A DNA stretch of 64,000 nt from Pseudomonadota bacterium (GTDB lineage: Bacteria > Pseudomonadota > Gammaproteobacteria > Arenicellales > Poriferihabitantaceae). Location of the stretch: the NCBI GenBank assembly GCA_039029455.1, contig JBCCGE010000007.1, positions 370 to 64,369 of the forward strand, read 5' to 3'. A program made the position numbers and the translations under genes. Shown here in pieces: positions 44,436 to 53,078 of this stretch (its first letter is position 1; each line of letters starts with the position of its first letter). Below the pieces are notes generated by a model, which saw only the letters and a list, made by a program, of their open reading frames with translations, ran no database searches and was not told where the DNA came from.

Positions 44436-45425
44436 TCAGTTTGATCCAAACCCGCTCTGATGAACGGGCGCAAAACCTTTCTGGAAATCTCCCACCGTCG
44501 AATTCAGATTCCTCTTGAATGCGCGCTGCATCCGCTGAAAATCACCAAAACCCGACAGCTCGATAACTCTGGACTGGGGCATCCCGCTCGAGATGGCGTT
44601 GCAGGCAAATTTGACCCGAACCTTCTCCACAAAATGCACCGGCGAATCGTTTAACTCCTGTGCAAAACGTCGCGACAGGGTTCGCGGCGTCATCGCGACC
44701 CGATCCGCCATCGACTGCAGCGTCCAGTTTGCCGACGGATTCTGCAACAGCTCGGAAATCAACCCCTGCAGTGCGGTGGACGTCTTGAACTGAGACTCCA
44801 GCAGCTCGGAAAACTGACTCTGACCGCTGTGGCGATGCAGATATACAACCAGTTCACGGGCCACACTCAACGCGGTTTCTGCACCCGCATCCTGTCGAAC
44901 GATGGCCAGACATAGATCGATTCCCGCAGTGACTCCGGCGGACGAGTAGGTACTGCCGTCCCGACAAAACAACTCATCCAAACGCCAGCGCACGTCGGGA
45001 AACTGCTGCGCCGCCCGCTCGGCGCGCTCCCAGTGGGTGGTCGCCGATTTCCCCTCCAGCGCACCGGCACCGGCCAGAAGGAGGGCACCCGAACACACCG
45101 AGATAAGCCGCCCGTGTGGTCGGGTCTCGAGCCACTTCCCAATCAACGCATCGACCTCTGGCCGCCCCATCATGGCATCCACGCCGGGACCGCCCGGAAC
45201 CAGCAAATCGTCTGCATCACGAGTCACGCCGGCCGGTCCATCTGCGTTCAGACTGACGCCGCATGAAGACCGCACGGATGCGCCGTCCATAGAGACCGTT
45301 CGCAGATCATAGTGGGTCCCGCCGAAGTAGCTCGCCTGATAGAACACCTGCAGGGGCCCGGCCATGTCCAGCAGGTTCATTTGCGAGAACACGAGAATAT
45401 CGATAGATCGGGATGTTTTGTCCAT
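44436..45425 (-). CDS. GlxA-family transcriptional regulator (DJ-1/PfpI-like domain + AraC-type HTH)
   Basis: The N-domain has LISVCSGALLLAGAGALEGKSATTHW. The C-terminal AraC HTH has two helix-turn-helix units. Confidence 0.85.
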   Translation of the reverse strand: MDKTSRSIDILVFSQMNLLDMAGPLQVFYQASYFGGTHYDLRTVSMDGASVRSSCGVSLNADGPAGVTRDADDLLVPGGPGVDAMMGRPEVDALIGKWLETRPHGRLISVCSGALLLAGAGALEGKSATTHWERAERAAQQFPDVRWRLDELFCRDGSTYSSAGVTAGIDLCLAIVRQDAGAETALSVARELVVYLHRHSGQSQFSELLESQFKTSTALQGLISELLQNPSANWTLQSMADRVAMTPRTLSRRFAQELNDSPVHFVEKVRVKFACNAISSGMPQSRVIELSGFGDFQRMQRAFKRNLNSTVGDFQKGFAPVHQSGFGSN

Positions 45426-45506
45426 AATTGATGATCATATGTCAAATAAGACAATGCGACAAGCGTGACAATCAGCGTCAACCTATCGCTGCTGTGAGTC
45501 GACCTG

Positions 45507-46679
45507 ATGAACAACCGAACACCATCACCCCGCAATTTCTGGCTGATCCTTCTGGCTAATATTGTTCTCGGCGCGCCCATGCCCATGCTGATACTGCTCG
45601 GTGGGCTCGCCGGTGCTCACCTGTCGCCGACACCGTTTGCCGCAACCGTGCCGCCGACCGTTCAGATGCTGGCGGGAATTCTTGTGGCAACACCGATCTC
45701 CCTGTTCATGGGCCGATACGGACGAAAGATCGGTTTCCTGGTCAGCAGCGGGATGATGATCGCGGGGGGACTGGTGGGTTGTCTGTCGCTGTGGTGGCAG
45801 AGTTTTATGCTGTTGAATGCCGCGCATTTCCTGCTGGGCGCCGCGCTCATCGGCATCAACTACTTCCGCTTCGCCGCCGCCGAGTCCGTTCCTGAATCCA
45901 AACAGCCGCGAGCCATTGGGTTCACACTGGCGTCAGGAATCATAGCAGCCATTATTGGACCATCAATTTACTCGGCGACCAGTCATGCGGTGTCCGGATA
46001 CGCTTATGTCGGCGCTTACCTCTCTATCAGCGTGATCGGATTCATCGGCGCCATAGTGGTCGCATTTTTTGCACATATACCCACTCGTAAAAAAGCGAAT
46101 ACCGCATCAACCAAGTCAAAATCTGCACTCTTCTCTAACCCGGACGTCGTCTTCGCGATTAGCTCAGCAGCTATCACTCAGGGTATGATGATGTTGCTGA
46201 TGACGCCAACAGCGCTGGCCATGGTGGGACATGGCTTTAGCGAGCACAACGCAAGTGACGTCATTCGCTGGCACGTGATCGCCATGTTTGCTCCCGGACT
46301 ATTCACCGGGCAGCTGATCGAACGCTTCGGTGCACACCGAATTATTCTGACCGGCATGATCATACTGGTCGCATCCACTGCGGTGGCCGCAGTGGATCAC
46401 GGACTGCTCGAGTTTTATGTCTCGCTGATCCTGCTGGGAATCGGCTGGAATTTTGGATTCATCGGCGGAACCTCGCTGCTTCAGTCGGCACTCAGTGAAG
46501 ACGAGCGACCGCTGGTGCAGGGCACCAACGACACCATTCTTGCCATCGCCTCAACTGTCGCATCGCTGTTCTCCGGAGTACTGTTTGCCGGAATCGGCTG
46601 GACCTGGCTGGCCATCATTTCAACCGGCGTGATGATCGGCTTTTTAGTGCTGTCATCTTCCCGAACAATCAGAGCCTGA
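45507..46679 (+). CDS. MFS-type transporter
   Basis: 390 aa with 12 predicted hydrophobic segments. It is divergent from the GlxA-family regulator. Confidence 0.75.
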   Translation: MNNRTPSPRNFWLILLANIVLGAPMPMLILLGGLAGAHLSPTPFAATVPPTVQMLAGILVATPISLFMGRYGRKIGFLVSSGMMIAGGLVGCLSLWWQSFMLLNAAHFLLGAALIGINYFRFAAAESVPESKQPRAIGFTLASGIIAAIIGPSIYSATSHAVSGYAYVGAYLSISVIGFIGAIVVAFFAHIPTRKKANTASTKSKSALFSNPDVVFAISSAAITQGMMMLLMTPTALAMVGHGFSEHNASDVIRWHVIAMFAPGLFTGQLIERFGAHRIILTGMIILVASTAVAAVDHGLLEFYVSLILLGIGWNFGFIGGTSLLQSALSEDERPLVQGTNDTILAIASTVASLFSGVLFAGIGWTWLAIISTGVMIGFLVLSSSRTIRA

Positions 46680-46689
46680 TCTGTTTGGA

Positions 46690-47016
46690 TCAAAAGCACA
46701 ATGGAATAACGTTGCCGTCCGCATCTTGTCTGGCGGCCCACACCTCACCACCTTCAGGAATGTGGTACTAGACGGTTCCGTTCCAGGTTCGATTGCTTAT
46801 TGTCCCACTGGATTGGGAAGAGATACTGGTTGTAACAGCATCCCTGGTATTAATCGCTAAATCACTAAAGTCGTAGAGCATTAGCGCTCCGTTAGAACCA
46901 CTATTGGTATAGCGGATCACGCCTGCGCCTTCACAGCGCACAAAAAACGACCCAGTGGTGTTCGGACCAACCATACGCACCACCAGCAGAATCAGTGAGG
47001 TTAGATGGTTTTTCAT
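46690..47016 (-). pseudogene. Amber-interrupted short paralog of the C-terminal domain of the P-domain protein
   Basis: MKNHLTSLILLVVRMV...TGSFFVRCEGAGVIRYTN...YDFSDLAINT...RTWNGTV is followed by TAG (46768..46770). The frame then continues in register with YHIPEGGEVWAARQDADGNVIPLCF and a stop at 46690. This parallels TGSFYVHCEGVS...YDFSDFVLDT...RTWNGAVYYYIPDTEVCAAIQDSSGTVFPVCL of 42574..43707. Confidence 0.6.
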
Positions 47017-47092
47017 TGTTATACCCTCTAACCCGTGCAGGCTATGACACTCTTGTTTTCGCGGAGACAAAAAATAAGTTTCATACGATTGG

Positions 47093-48205
47093 GTGATTTA
47101 CAAAGTGATTGTCATTAACAGAAAATTTGTAGAAGTAACAAACACATGTAACAGGACCAAATTATTGAACTTAACGACGGATAACTCTCCACGTATTCCA
47201 CTTCGATTATGCGCAGTGTTGTTGCTTGTCTGGCCGGTGCTTTCAACTGCCAACACCAATGTTCTTGCGTCGAACGCCATTGACGCCTGGGAATCATGGA
47301 CCAAGAAAACCCGGATATCGGACAGCACAATAGTGATCTCCTACAAAGGGGAAGTCGTTGCGTCTTCAGAGAAAAACCGGAGCATCGATGCCCCCTATCC
47401 TGTCGCGAGTTTGAGCAAAGCCATAACGGGAATCTGCGCAACGCAATATCTGGAGGATTCCGAGCACACTACCGCCAGCACCATTGGCGATGTAGTGGGT
47501 GATCGGCTTTCCAGTGAGAAAATTAAACAGTGGGATAAAAAGCAGAACATCACTATAAAGCAATTGTTGAACCAGACCTCAGGCATCAAGAAAGACATTA
47601 CGCAGAAAAAAAGCCTGAACAAAACACCGGACTTCGGCACGCCCAATGTCGATACCATCGCCCTGCGATGGATCAAACAGAAACAAAAAGGTAAAGCCGG
47701 TGGTGATTTCATCTACAACAACGGGCACTACGCCATGCTCGGGTTGATCATCGAGACGCTGAGCGGAAAGGACTACGAAATGGCGTGTTTGGAAAAAACC
47801 CTGAGACCTGCGGGCATTGGGTCGGCCGAGCTCAATCCCGAATGGCGCATCATGTCGTCCTGGGGTGGCTGGAAAATCTCGGCAGTCGACTACCTTAAGT
47901 TCGTTAACCACTACTTTTCGCCGAGAAAAGTGGACGGCAAGCGTCCGCAACGATTCGGCATGGGCTTTGTCAGTGATGCTGTTCGATACGGCGCCGGATT
48001 CTTCTGGCGTAACACCCGCAGCGGCAACAACTACTGGCATTTCGGCCGCTGGCGCTGGGACGGCGGCGGTCGCTACGCCAACTTCGGCGCGTACTTCGTC
48101 TATTACGCCTCGGAATGGGCCGTGTCGGTGAACTACAACAAATACGTTGACCGCAAGACCGGACTCAAACTCGACAAAGCTCTGTGGCAAGCTCTGCACC
48201 CGTAG
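47093..48205 (+). CDS. Serine hydrolase, beta-lactamase/PBP (class C-like) family, probably exported
   Basis: It has the SxxK motif in YPVASLSKAITG and a hydrophobic leader (LRLCAVLLLVWPVLSTANT). The start is uncertain: GTG 47093 in the ORF track, or a TTG about 75 nt downstream. Confidence 0.7.
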   Translation: MIYKVIVINRKFVEVTNTCNRTKLLNLTTDNSPRIPLRLCAVLLLVWPVLSTANTNVLASNAIDAWESWTKKTRISDSTIVISYKGEVVASSEKNRSIDAPYPVASLSKAITGICATQYLEDSEHTTASTIGDVVGDRLSSEKIKQWDKKQNITIKQLLNQTSGIKKDITQKKSLNKTPDFGTPNVDTIALRWIKQKQKGKAGGDFIYNNGHYAMLGLIIETLSGKDYEMACLEKTLRPAGIGSAELNPEWRIMSSWGGWKISAVDYLKFVNHYFSPRKVDGKRPQRFGMGFVSDAVRYGAGFFWRNTRSGNNYWHFGRWRWDGGGRYANFGAYFVYYASEWAVSVNYNKYVDRKTGLKLDKALWQALHP

Positions 48206-48218
48206 TTAATTCGCAAGA

Positions 48219-48340
48219 GATTGCCGCAGTCGCTCCACTCCGTCGCAATGACAAATTAACCGTCACCGTCAAACAACCCGATCACCGTCGTTACAAGCCC
48301 GAACCCCAACCGTCATTGCAAGCGAACGCGAAGCAATCTC
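48219..48340. repeat. BIME-like cluster C: one inverted pair of REP-type motifs
   Basis: X lies at 48219..48252 (GATTGCCGCAGTCGCTCCACTCCGTCGCAATGAC) and Y at 48312..48340 (GTCATTGCAAGCGAACGCGAAGCAATCTC). The pair sits directly after the stop of the hydrolase gene. Confidence 0.8.
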
Positions 48341-48446
48341 GTGACACCAGCGAAAAACTAAATTAACTTTTTGAAACCCAACATTCACGCCGGCTCTGTC
48401 GCCATCTCATACAATGTCGGAACACTTTCACCGAACCGATATCGAT

Positions 48447-49355
48447 ATGAATCGCAGAGATCTGATTCGCTACTCCACCGGCGGTGTTTTGAGCGCGGCC
48501 CTCCCAGGTCTCGGCTTCGCCGCCGACGCGCCCCTGGCCACGATTCCGTCGACCGGAGAAAAAATACCCACCATTGGTCTGGGCACATGGATCACGTTTA
48601 ACGTCGGCAACAAGGAATCGATCCGCGTTCAGCGATGCGAGGTCTTGAATCGTTTTTTTGAGCTCGGCGGACGCATGGTGGATTCGTCGCCCATGTACGG
48701 TGCAGCCGAAGACGTTCTCGGGTTTTGTGAGGAACGCGCAGCGGGACCAAAAGACTATCTGCGCACCACCAAGGTCTGGACATCATCCAACTCCGAAGGC
48801 CGACAGCAGATTGAGCAGTCGTTCGATCTCTGGTCCGCCAATCAGTTCGCGATATATCAGGTGCACAACCTCGTCAACTGGGAGCACCACCTGCCCTATC
48901 TGCACGAGCTCAAAGCGGAAGGACGAATTCGCTACGTCGGCATCACCACCTCACACGGCCGTCGTCACCGGGAAATGGAAGAACTGATGCGCTCACAGGA
49001 TCTGGATTTCGTGCAACTGACCTACAATCTGGAAGACCGTGAGGTCGAAGATCGACTGCTGCCACTGGCTGCGGACCGCGGTATCGGCGTTATCGTCAAC
49101 CGCCCATTCCAGCGCGGAGCGCTGTTCCGCAAACTTAACCGGCAGCCGCTTCCCGACTGGGCCGCAGACATTGACTGCACCAACATGGCGCAAATCATGC
49201 TGAAATTCGTTATCTCCCACCCGGCTGTCACCTGCGCCATTCCCGCTACCAGTCAGCTGGCCCATCTCGAGGAAGATATGGCCGCGCGATACGGACCCAT
49301 GCCGGATGCGGCACTGCGCACTGAAATGACGAAGTGGTTCGACCGCATTTACTAA
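48447..49355 (+). CDS. Aldo/keto reductase with twin-arginine-type signal peptide
   Basis: ATG at 48447 gives MNRRDLIRYSTGGVLSAALPGLGFAADA (an RR motif, an h-region and A-x-A). An AKR core follows (IPTIGLGTW, YVGITTSHG). Confidence 0.8.
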   Translation: MNRRDLIRYSTGGVLSAALPGLGFAADAPLATIPSTGEKIPTIGLGTWITFNVGNKESIRVQRCEVLNRFFELGGRMVDSSPMYGAAEDVLGFCEERAAGPKDYLRTTKVWTSSNSEGRQQIEQSFDLWSANQFAIYQVHNLVNWEHHLPYLHELKAEGRIRYVGITTSHGRRHREMEELMRSQDLDFVQLTYNLEDREVEDRLLPLAADRGIGVIVNRPFQRGALFRKLNRQPLPDWAADIDCTNMAQIMLKFVISHPAVTCAIPATSQLAHLEEDMAARYGPMPDAALRTEMTKWFDRIY

Positions 49356-49485
49356 GCCGCTGAAGAGATTTGGTGTCGATGTCGGGGGCACAGCATTGCC
49401 GCGCCAAGAAACCTGCGCGCCCGGTTCTCAGTGACCGCGAGAAACCTCGGCTACAATCGGGCCACCCAATCCCGCAAACCTCAGC

Positions 49486-50154
49486 GTGTTCTCCGATCTC
49501 CTTTATCAACTCGCAGACTACGTTCCGTATTCCGCAGACATCTGGCGCAGTCTGATCGAGACAATTAATCTGGATCACTGGCCGGAGTCACTGGTGCTGC
49601 TGCCCATTTTGGCTTTGCTGATCACTGCCGATCGCATGAGCTCGCGATTTGTCGACGCGTTCTCTTTCATCCTTCTGGCGCTGTGCTGGGCATTTAGCGC
49701 ATGGGTATTTCTGGCGCAGCATTACGCACCACTGTACTGGGTGGCGGAAAAGATTATTCCGTTTTTTCTGATTCAGGCATTTTTGCTATTGTCCTTCGGC
49801 GCCCGATGTCTGAAGCCGGACACTGAACTCGTCGAACGCGACGGTCACCCCGGCGGTATTTTGCTGCTCGTTGTTCTGCTCGCGCTGCCCGCGCTGCAGT
49901 TCGTGTTCGGGAATTCCTCTGCTCAGCTCAGCTGGCTCGCGCTGAGTCCCGACGCAACCGCCATCATTACCCTGGCCTGGCTGATCACAACCGGCCAGAT
50001 TCGTTCCATGCTGATTCTGATACCGCTGGCCTGGCTGGGTCTTGCATCCCTGAACGGGCTGGCGTTAGGACTGTGGGCGGAAGCCCTGCTGCTGCCGGCT
50101 GCGCTCGTCATGATCAATTTATACTGGCGCCCGAAACCGGTCACCAACCCGTAG
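49486..50154 (+). CDS. Integral membrane protein of unknown function
   Basis: 222 aa with about 6 hydrophobic segments. I could not confidently recall a family. Confidence 0.5.
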   Translation: MFSDLLYQLADYVPYSADIWRSLIETINLDHWPESLVLLPILALLITADRMSSRFVDAFSFILLALCWAFSAWVFLAQHYAPLYWVAEKIIPFFLIQAFLLLSFGARCLKPDTELVERDGHPGGILLLVVLLALPALQFVFGNSSAQLSWLALSPDATAIITLAWLITTGQIRSMLILIPLAWLGLASLNGLALGLWAEALLLPAALVMINLYWRPKPVTNP

Positions 50155-50161
50155 CGTTCAA

Positions 50162-51199
50162 TTACGTCATCGACGCAAACAGCACCCCGGCCAGTATTGA
50201 TCCGACAAGACCCAGCGCCAGATACAAAACAAACACACGCATATTCACCAGTGAATACACCGCAATAGCCGCGGGAATCGACGACACCGCGCCGGCAATC
50301 ATGAACGCCATGGCCGCACCGGACGACATTCCGAGAGACATCATTTCTCCGATCAGCGGGATGGCGGCGTAACCGTTCAGATAAGACGGCATACCAATCA
50401 CCGAGGCCAGCGGAATGGTCAGCCATGACTCTCCGGACAGATAGCGCTGGATCCACTCGGGATCGATGTAAGCCACCATCAGGCTTTCCAGGAAAAACGC
50501 GAGCAGTAACCATTTGCCGAGAAACAGCGCAGTCTGAATGCTCTCGCGCTTGAAAAGCTCGAGCCGTTCGGCTGATCTCCAGAACGCCCACACTATGGAC
50601 TGCTCCTTGTTTGCGCTGCAGGTGGATACGCATCCCGCCGCGACCTGGGGTTTGAGGGGATTCGACAGACCACCCATGCGCTTGATCAGCAGGATCGAAA
50701 ATCCCGCCATCAAACCGATCATGATGGCGAAGCCCGCTTTCGCCGCGGCAAATTCAAAGCTGATCCCCGCGCTGGTCAGGACAAACATCTCCGGATCCAT
50801 CACCGGTGAAGCGATCCAGAATGTCATCACCGGCGCCAGAGGAACGCCGGCCGCCAGCATGGCTGCGATCAGGGGGATTACGCCGCAGGAGCAAAACGGT
50901 GACAGCGCGCCAAACACCGCGGCAATCATCACCGACTTCACCGGACTGCCCGACAGCGCGCGAACCACCATCTGGTCCGCGCCGGTGGCCTTGATACTGG
51001 CGGCAAGAGCCACAGCGAGCAGCAAAAACGGCAGAATGTACAGCGCCGCATCGAGGGTGAAGCGAACACTGTCTGCAGCCTGATGGCTGTCGGCCGCAAA
51101 CAAAACCAGCAGCGACAGAATCAGAAACAGGACAACCCGATCAATGTTTTTCAGGCTGCCCAATGCGAGGGCCGGTAGCTGTTGTATCAATGTGCTCAT
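50162..51199 (-). CDS. Permease of the DUF318/ArsP family (putative organoarsenical or metal(loid) efflux permease)
   Basis: 345 aa, polytopic. The hallmark vicinal-Cys motif is SPFCSCGVIP. It lies directly downstream of an ArsR-family gene. Confidence 0.7.
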   Translation of the reverse strand: MSTLIQQLPALALGSLKNIDRVVLFLILSLLVLFAADSHQAADSVRFTLDAALYILPFLLLAVALAASIKATGADQMVVRALSGSPVKSVMIAAVFGALSPFCSCGVIPLIAAMLAAGVPLAPVMTFWIASPVMDPEMFVLTSAGISFEFAAAKAGFAIMIGLMAGFSILLIKRMGGLSNPLKPQVAAGCVSTCSANKEQSIVWAFWRSAERLELFKRESIQTALFLGKWLLLAFFLESLMVAYIDPEWIQRYLSGESWLTIPLASVIGMPSYLNGYAAIPLIGEMMSLGMSSGAAMAFMIAGAVSSIPAAIAVYSLVNMRVFVLYLALGLVGSILAGVLFASMT

Positions 51200-51223
51200 G
51201 GTGCGCTCCTGTTAAATCTATGA

Positions 51224-51239
51224 TTCTAGAATTATCGAA
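51224..51239. promoter_or_regulatory. Candidate ArsR operator copy 1 (upstream of permease gene)
   Basis: TTCTAGAATTATCGAA is a 16-mer identical to the one at 51609..51624. It contains the perfect palindrome TTCTAGAA and is 12/16 self-complementary overall. Confidence 0.55.
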
Positions 51240-51263
51240 TTAATTAGCCAAAAAAAATCAAAC

Positions 51264-51602
51264 TCACTTAGTGTCGACCCGCACGCAGCAGGCGGACTGC
51301 AAATAATCGATCGCCGAATTGATCACGTCGAACTGGGCCGTGCACACCAGCGCATTGCGGTCCTTGTGCTGGGCAATCAGACCGGCATTTTTTAAGTGCA
51401 ACAAGTGATGCGACAGGGTTGACGCCGGCACACCGACTTCCTGCTGAATCTCTCCGACACGCAAGCCCTCACCCCCCGCTTCAACGAGAATGCGGATAAT
51501 GCACAGTCGAGTATCGTTCCCGAGCTGGGCAAAAATGGTCGCGGCTTGCAGGTGATCAATGCTCATGTCGCGCAGTGTGGACCTCTTGAAACCATTTGTC
51601 AA
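51264..51602 (-). CDS. ArsR/SmtB-family metalloregulator
   Basis: It has a winged-HTH (LRVGEIQQEVGVPASTLSHHLLHLKNAGLI) and a C-terminal vicinal cysteine pair (LQSACCVRVD). Confidence 0.85.
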   Translation of the reverse strand: MTNGFKRSTLRDMSIDHLQAATIFAQLGNDTRLCIIRILVEAGGEGLRVGEIQQEVGVPASTLSHHLLHLKNAGLIAQHKDRNALVCTAQFDVINSAIDYLQSACCVRVDTK

Positions 51603-51608
51603 CTATAT

Positions 51609-51624
51609 TTCTAGAATTATCGAA
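51609..51624. promoter_or_regulatory. Candidate ArsR operator copy 2 (upstream of arsR-like gene)
   Basis: This TTCTAGAATTATCGAA is an exact repeat of 51224..51239 in the same orientation. It begins 7 nt upstream of the ORF start at 51602. Confidence 0.55.
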
Positions 51625-51645
51625 ATATATAAAACCGAATCAGAC

Positions 51646-52578
51646 CTACTGTCTCGATTTGTTGACGAGCCAGGGCGGATTGCTGCCGATTCGATCGATC
51701 AGAAAATCGATAAATGCCCGGACCTTCGCTGACAGGACATTGGATTTGGGATACACCAGCCACAGTGCGGATCGATCCTTGACGTCGTATCGTGGCAAAA
51801 CGCGGATCAGCGAACCGTCCTGCAGCTCCCGATAGACACTCCAGAGCGAATTCGCGGAAATTCCGCATCCGGCAACCGTCGCCAGCTTCTGGGTCAGGCC
51901 GTCGTCAATCGTCAGTCGACTTCTGGCAAGACGCGGATCGAAGATACCCTCTTTCCCTGAAGAGCTCGCAAGCCGTCGAGATTTCTGCTCCCGAAAGCCG
52001 ATCAGGCTGTGCTCCGCAAGCTCGTCAGGATGTTCGGGAACACCGTTTGCTTTCAGGTAATGCGGAGATGCGCAGAGTATTCGGTCGTCATCCGCCAGTT
52101 TGCGACAGCGCAGACTGGAGTCTTCAATCTCGGAGTTTCTGAGCGCGAGGTCAAAGCTGCCCTGAATCAGATCAAATGGGAGATCCGAAAGCCGCAGGTC
52201 AAGATGAATGGCGGGATGAGCCCTCAGGAATTCCGGTAGCAATGGCGTCAGATGAAGCTGTGCAAAGGTGCTGGACGCGGCGACGCGAAGGGTGCCCGAA
52301 ATCGTCTCACTTTCGAGTCCAAGTGCCGCCCGAGCCGCCTGTTCCTGAGCCAGTATTTCTCGCGCATACGGCAGGAATTCCGAACCTTCGGTTGACAGTG
52401 ATACCTTGCGGGTTGAGCGATGAAACAGATCGCAGCCCAGAGTCCGTTCAAGCTTGGCCAGCCGGGTACTGGCCACCGACGGAGCCAGCCCCATGGCCTG
52501 CCCGGCGGCGCTGATGTTCAGAGATTCCGCGGCCAGCACAAACAATTGAATCGATTCAGTATTCATGATTATTTTCAA
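51646..52578 (-). CDS. LysR-family transcriptional regulator
   Basis: It has the HTH IQLFVLAAESLNISAAGQAMGLAPSVASTRLAKLE. 310 aa. Confidence 0.9.
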   Translation of the reverse strand: MKIIMNTESIQLFVLAAESLNISAAGQAMGLAPSVASTRLAKLERTLGCDLFHRSTRKVSLSTEGSEFLPYAREILAQEQAARAALGLESETISGTLRVAASSTFAQLHLTPLLPEFLRAHPAIHLDLRLSDLPFDLIQGSFDLALRNSEIEDSSLRCRKLADDDRILCASPHYLKANGVPEHPDELAEHSLIGFREQKSRRLASSSGKEGIFDPRLARSRLTIDDGLTQKLATVAGCGISANSLWSVYRELQDGSLIRVLPRYDVKDRSALWLVYPKSNVLSAKVRAFIDFLIDRIGSNPPWLVNKSRQ

Positions 52579-52671
52579 AAGCTGAATTATCTATTCCAAT
52601 TTACAGCGTTTATATTCTTTTTGAAAAGTGTTTTTATCCGAGACCTGATCACATCGTATTGGAGAATCAAC

Positions 52672-52977
52672 ATGACCTACTATTCTGTTCTCGCTGTTAC
52701 CCCCACTTCCGACGACTGGGTCGGTGATTACGTTGAACCGGCTACCGCGCTGGTATCCGCCCACGGCGGTGAGTACCTGGCACGCACCGCGAGCCACGAG
52801 CGCCTGGAGGGCGAGGGAGACGACGCCGCGCTTCGCATCATCATTCGATGGCCGTCAAAAGACGCTGCGAACGCATTTATGACCGATCCTGAATACGTCC
52901 CTTTGCTGGCCGCGCGAACCAATGGCTCTATCAGTCATCATTTCCTGATCGAAGGCAAAGACGATCTGGCACAGTGA
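52672..52977 (+). CDS. DUF1330-domain protein
   Basis: ATG at 52672 has GGAGA upstream; the ORF-track start at 52420 overlaps the LysR gene. It is about 101 aa with GGEYLARTASHERLEGEG...IIIRWPSKDAANAFMTDPEY, typical of DUF1330. Confidence 0.7.
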   Translation: MTYYSVLAVTPTSDDWVGDYVEPATALVSAHGGEYLARTASHERLEGEGDDAALRIIIRWPSKDAANAFMTDPEYVPLLAARTNGSISHHFLIEGKDDLAQ

Positions 52978-53078
52978 GCAAAATTTGTGTCGGAAAATAG
53001 TGTTGCCCAGCGATACCATTTTCCGGCACGAAAAACTGCAATTTGCAGCTCAGTAACCAGACGGTCTTCTGCCTGCTC

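Noticed and set aside
46768-46770. In-frame TAG as a pyrrolysine codon, given the MttB-family gene in the window
   Set aside because: The MttB homolog here has no in-frame TAG, so it is the non-Pyl type. No pylTSBCD-like genes are visible, and the interrupted gene is unrelated to methylamine methyltransferases. A nonsense mutation is more parsimonious.
47579-48199. 206-aa minus-strand ORF
   Set aside because: It is antisense to the SxxK serine-hydrolase gene. Its composition is Val/Ala/Pro/Gly-rich and shadow-like.
49923-50633. 236-aa minus-strand ORF spanning the junction of two convergent genes
   Set aside because: It overlaps the 3' ends of both the membrane-protein gene (49486..50154) and the ArsP-like permease (50162..51199) out of frame. 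It has no motif or Shine-Dalgarno sequence.
52420-52671. Upstream 84-codon extension of the DUF1330 ORF
   Set aside because: It overlaps the LysR gene start region on the opposite strand and an AT-rich promoter region. The ATG at 52672 has a GGAGA Shine-Dalgarno sequence and gives the family-typical length of about 100 aa.
52987-53029. Inverted repeat GTGTCGGAAAAT ... ATTTTCCGGCAC between convergent genes
   Set aside because: It is an 11/12-bp stem but with a 19-nt loop and no flanking T-run. It may be a bidirectional terminator or a protein site, but the evidence is insufficient to annotate it.
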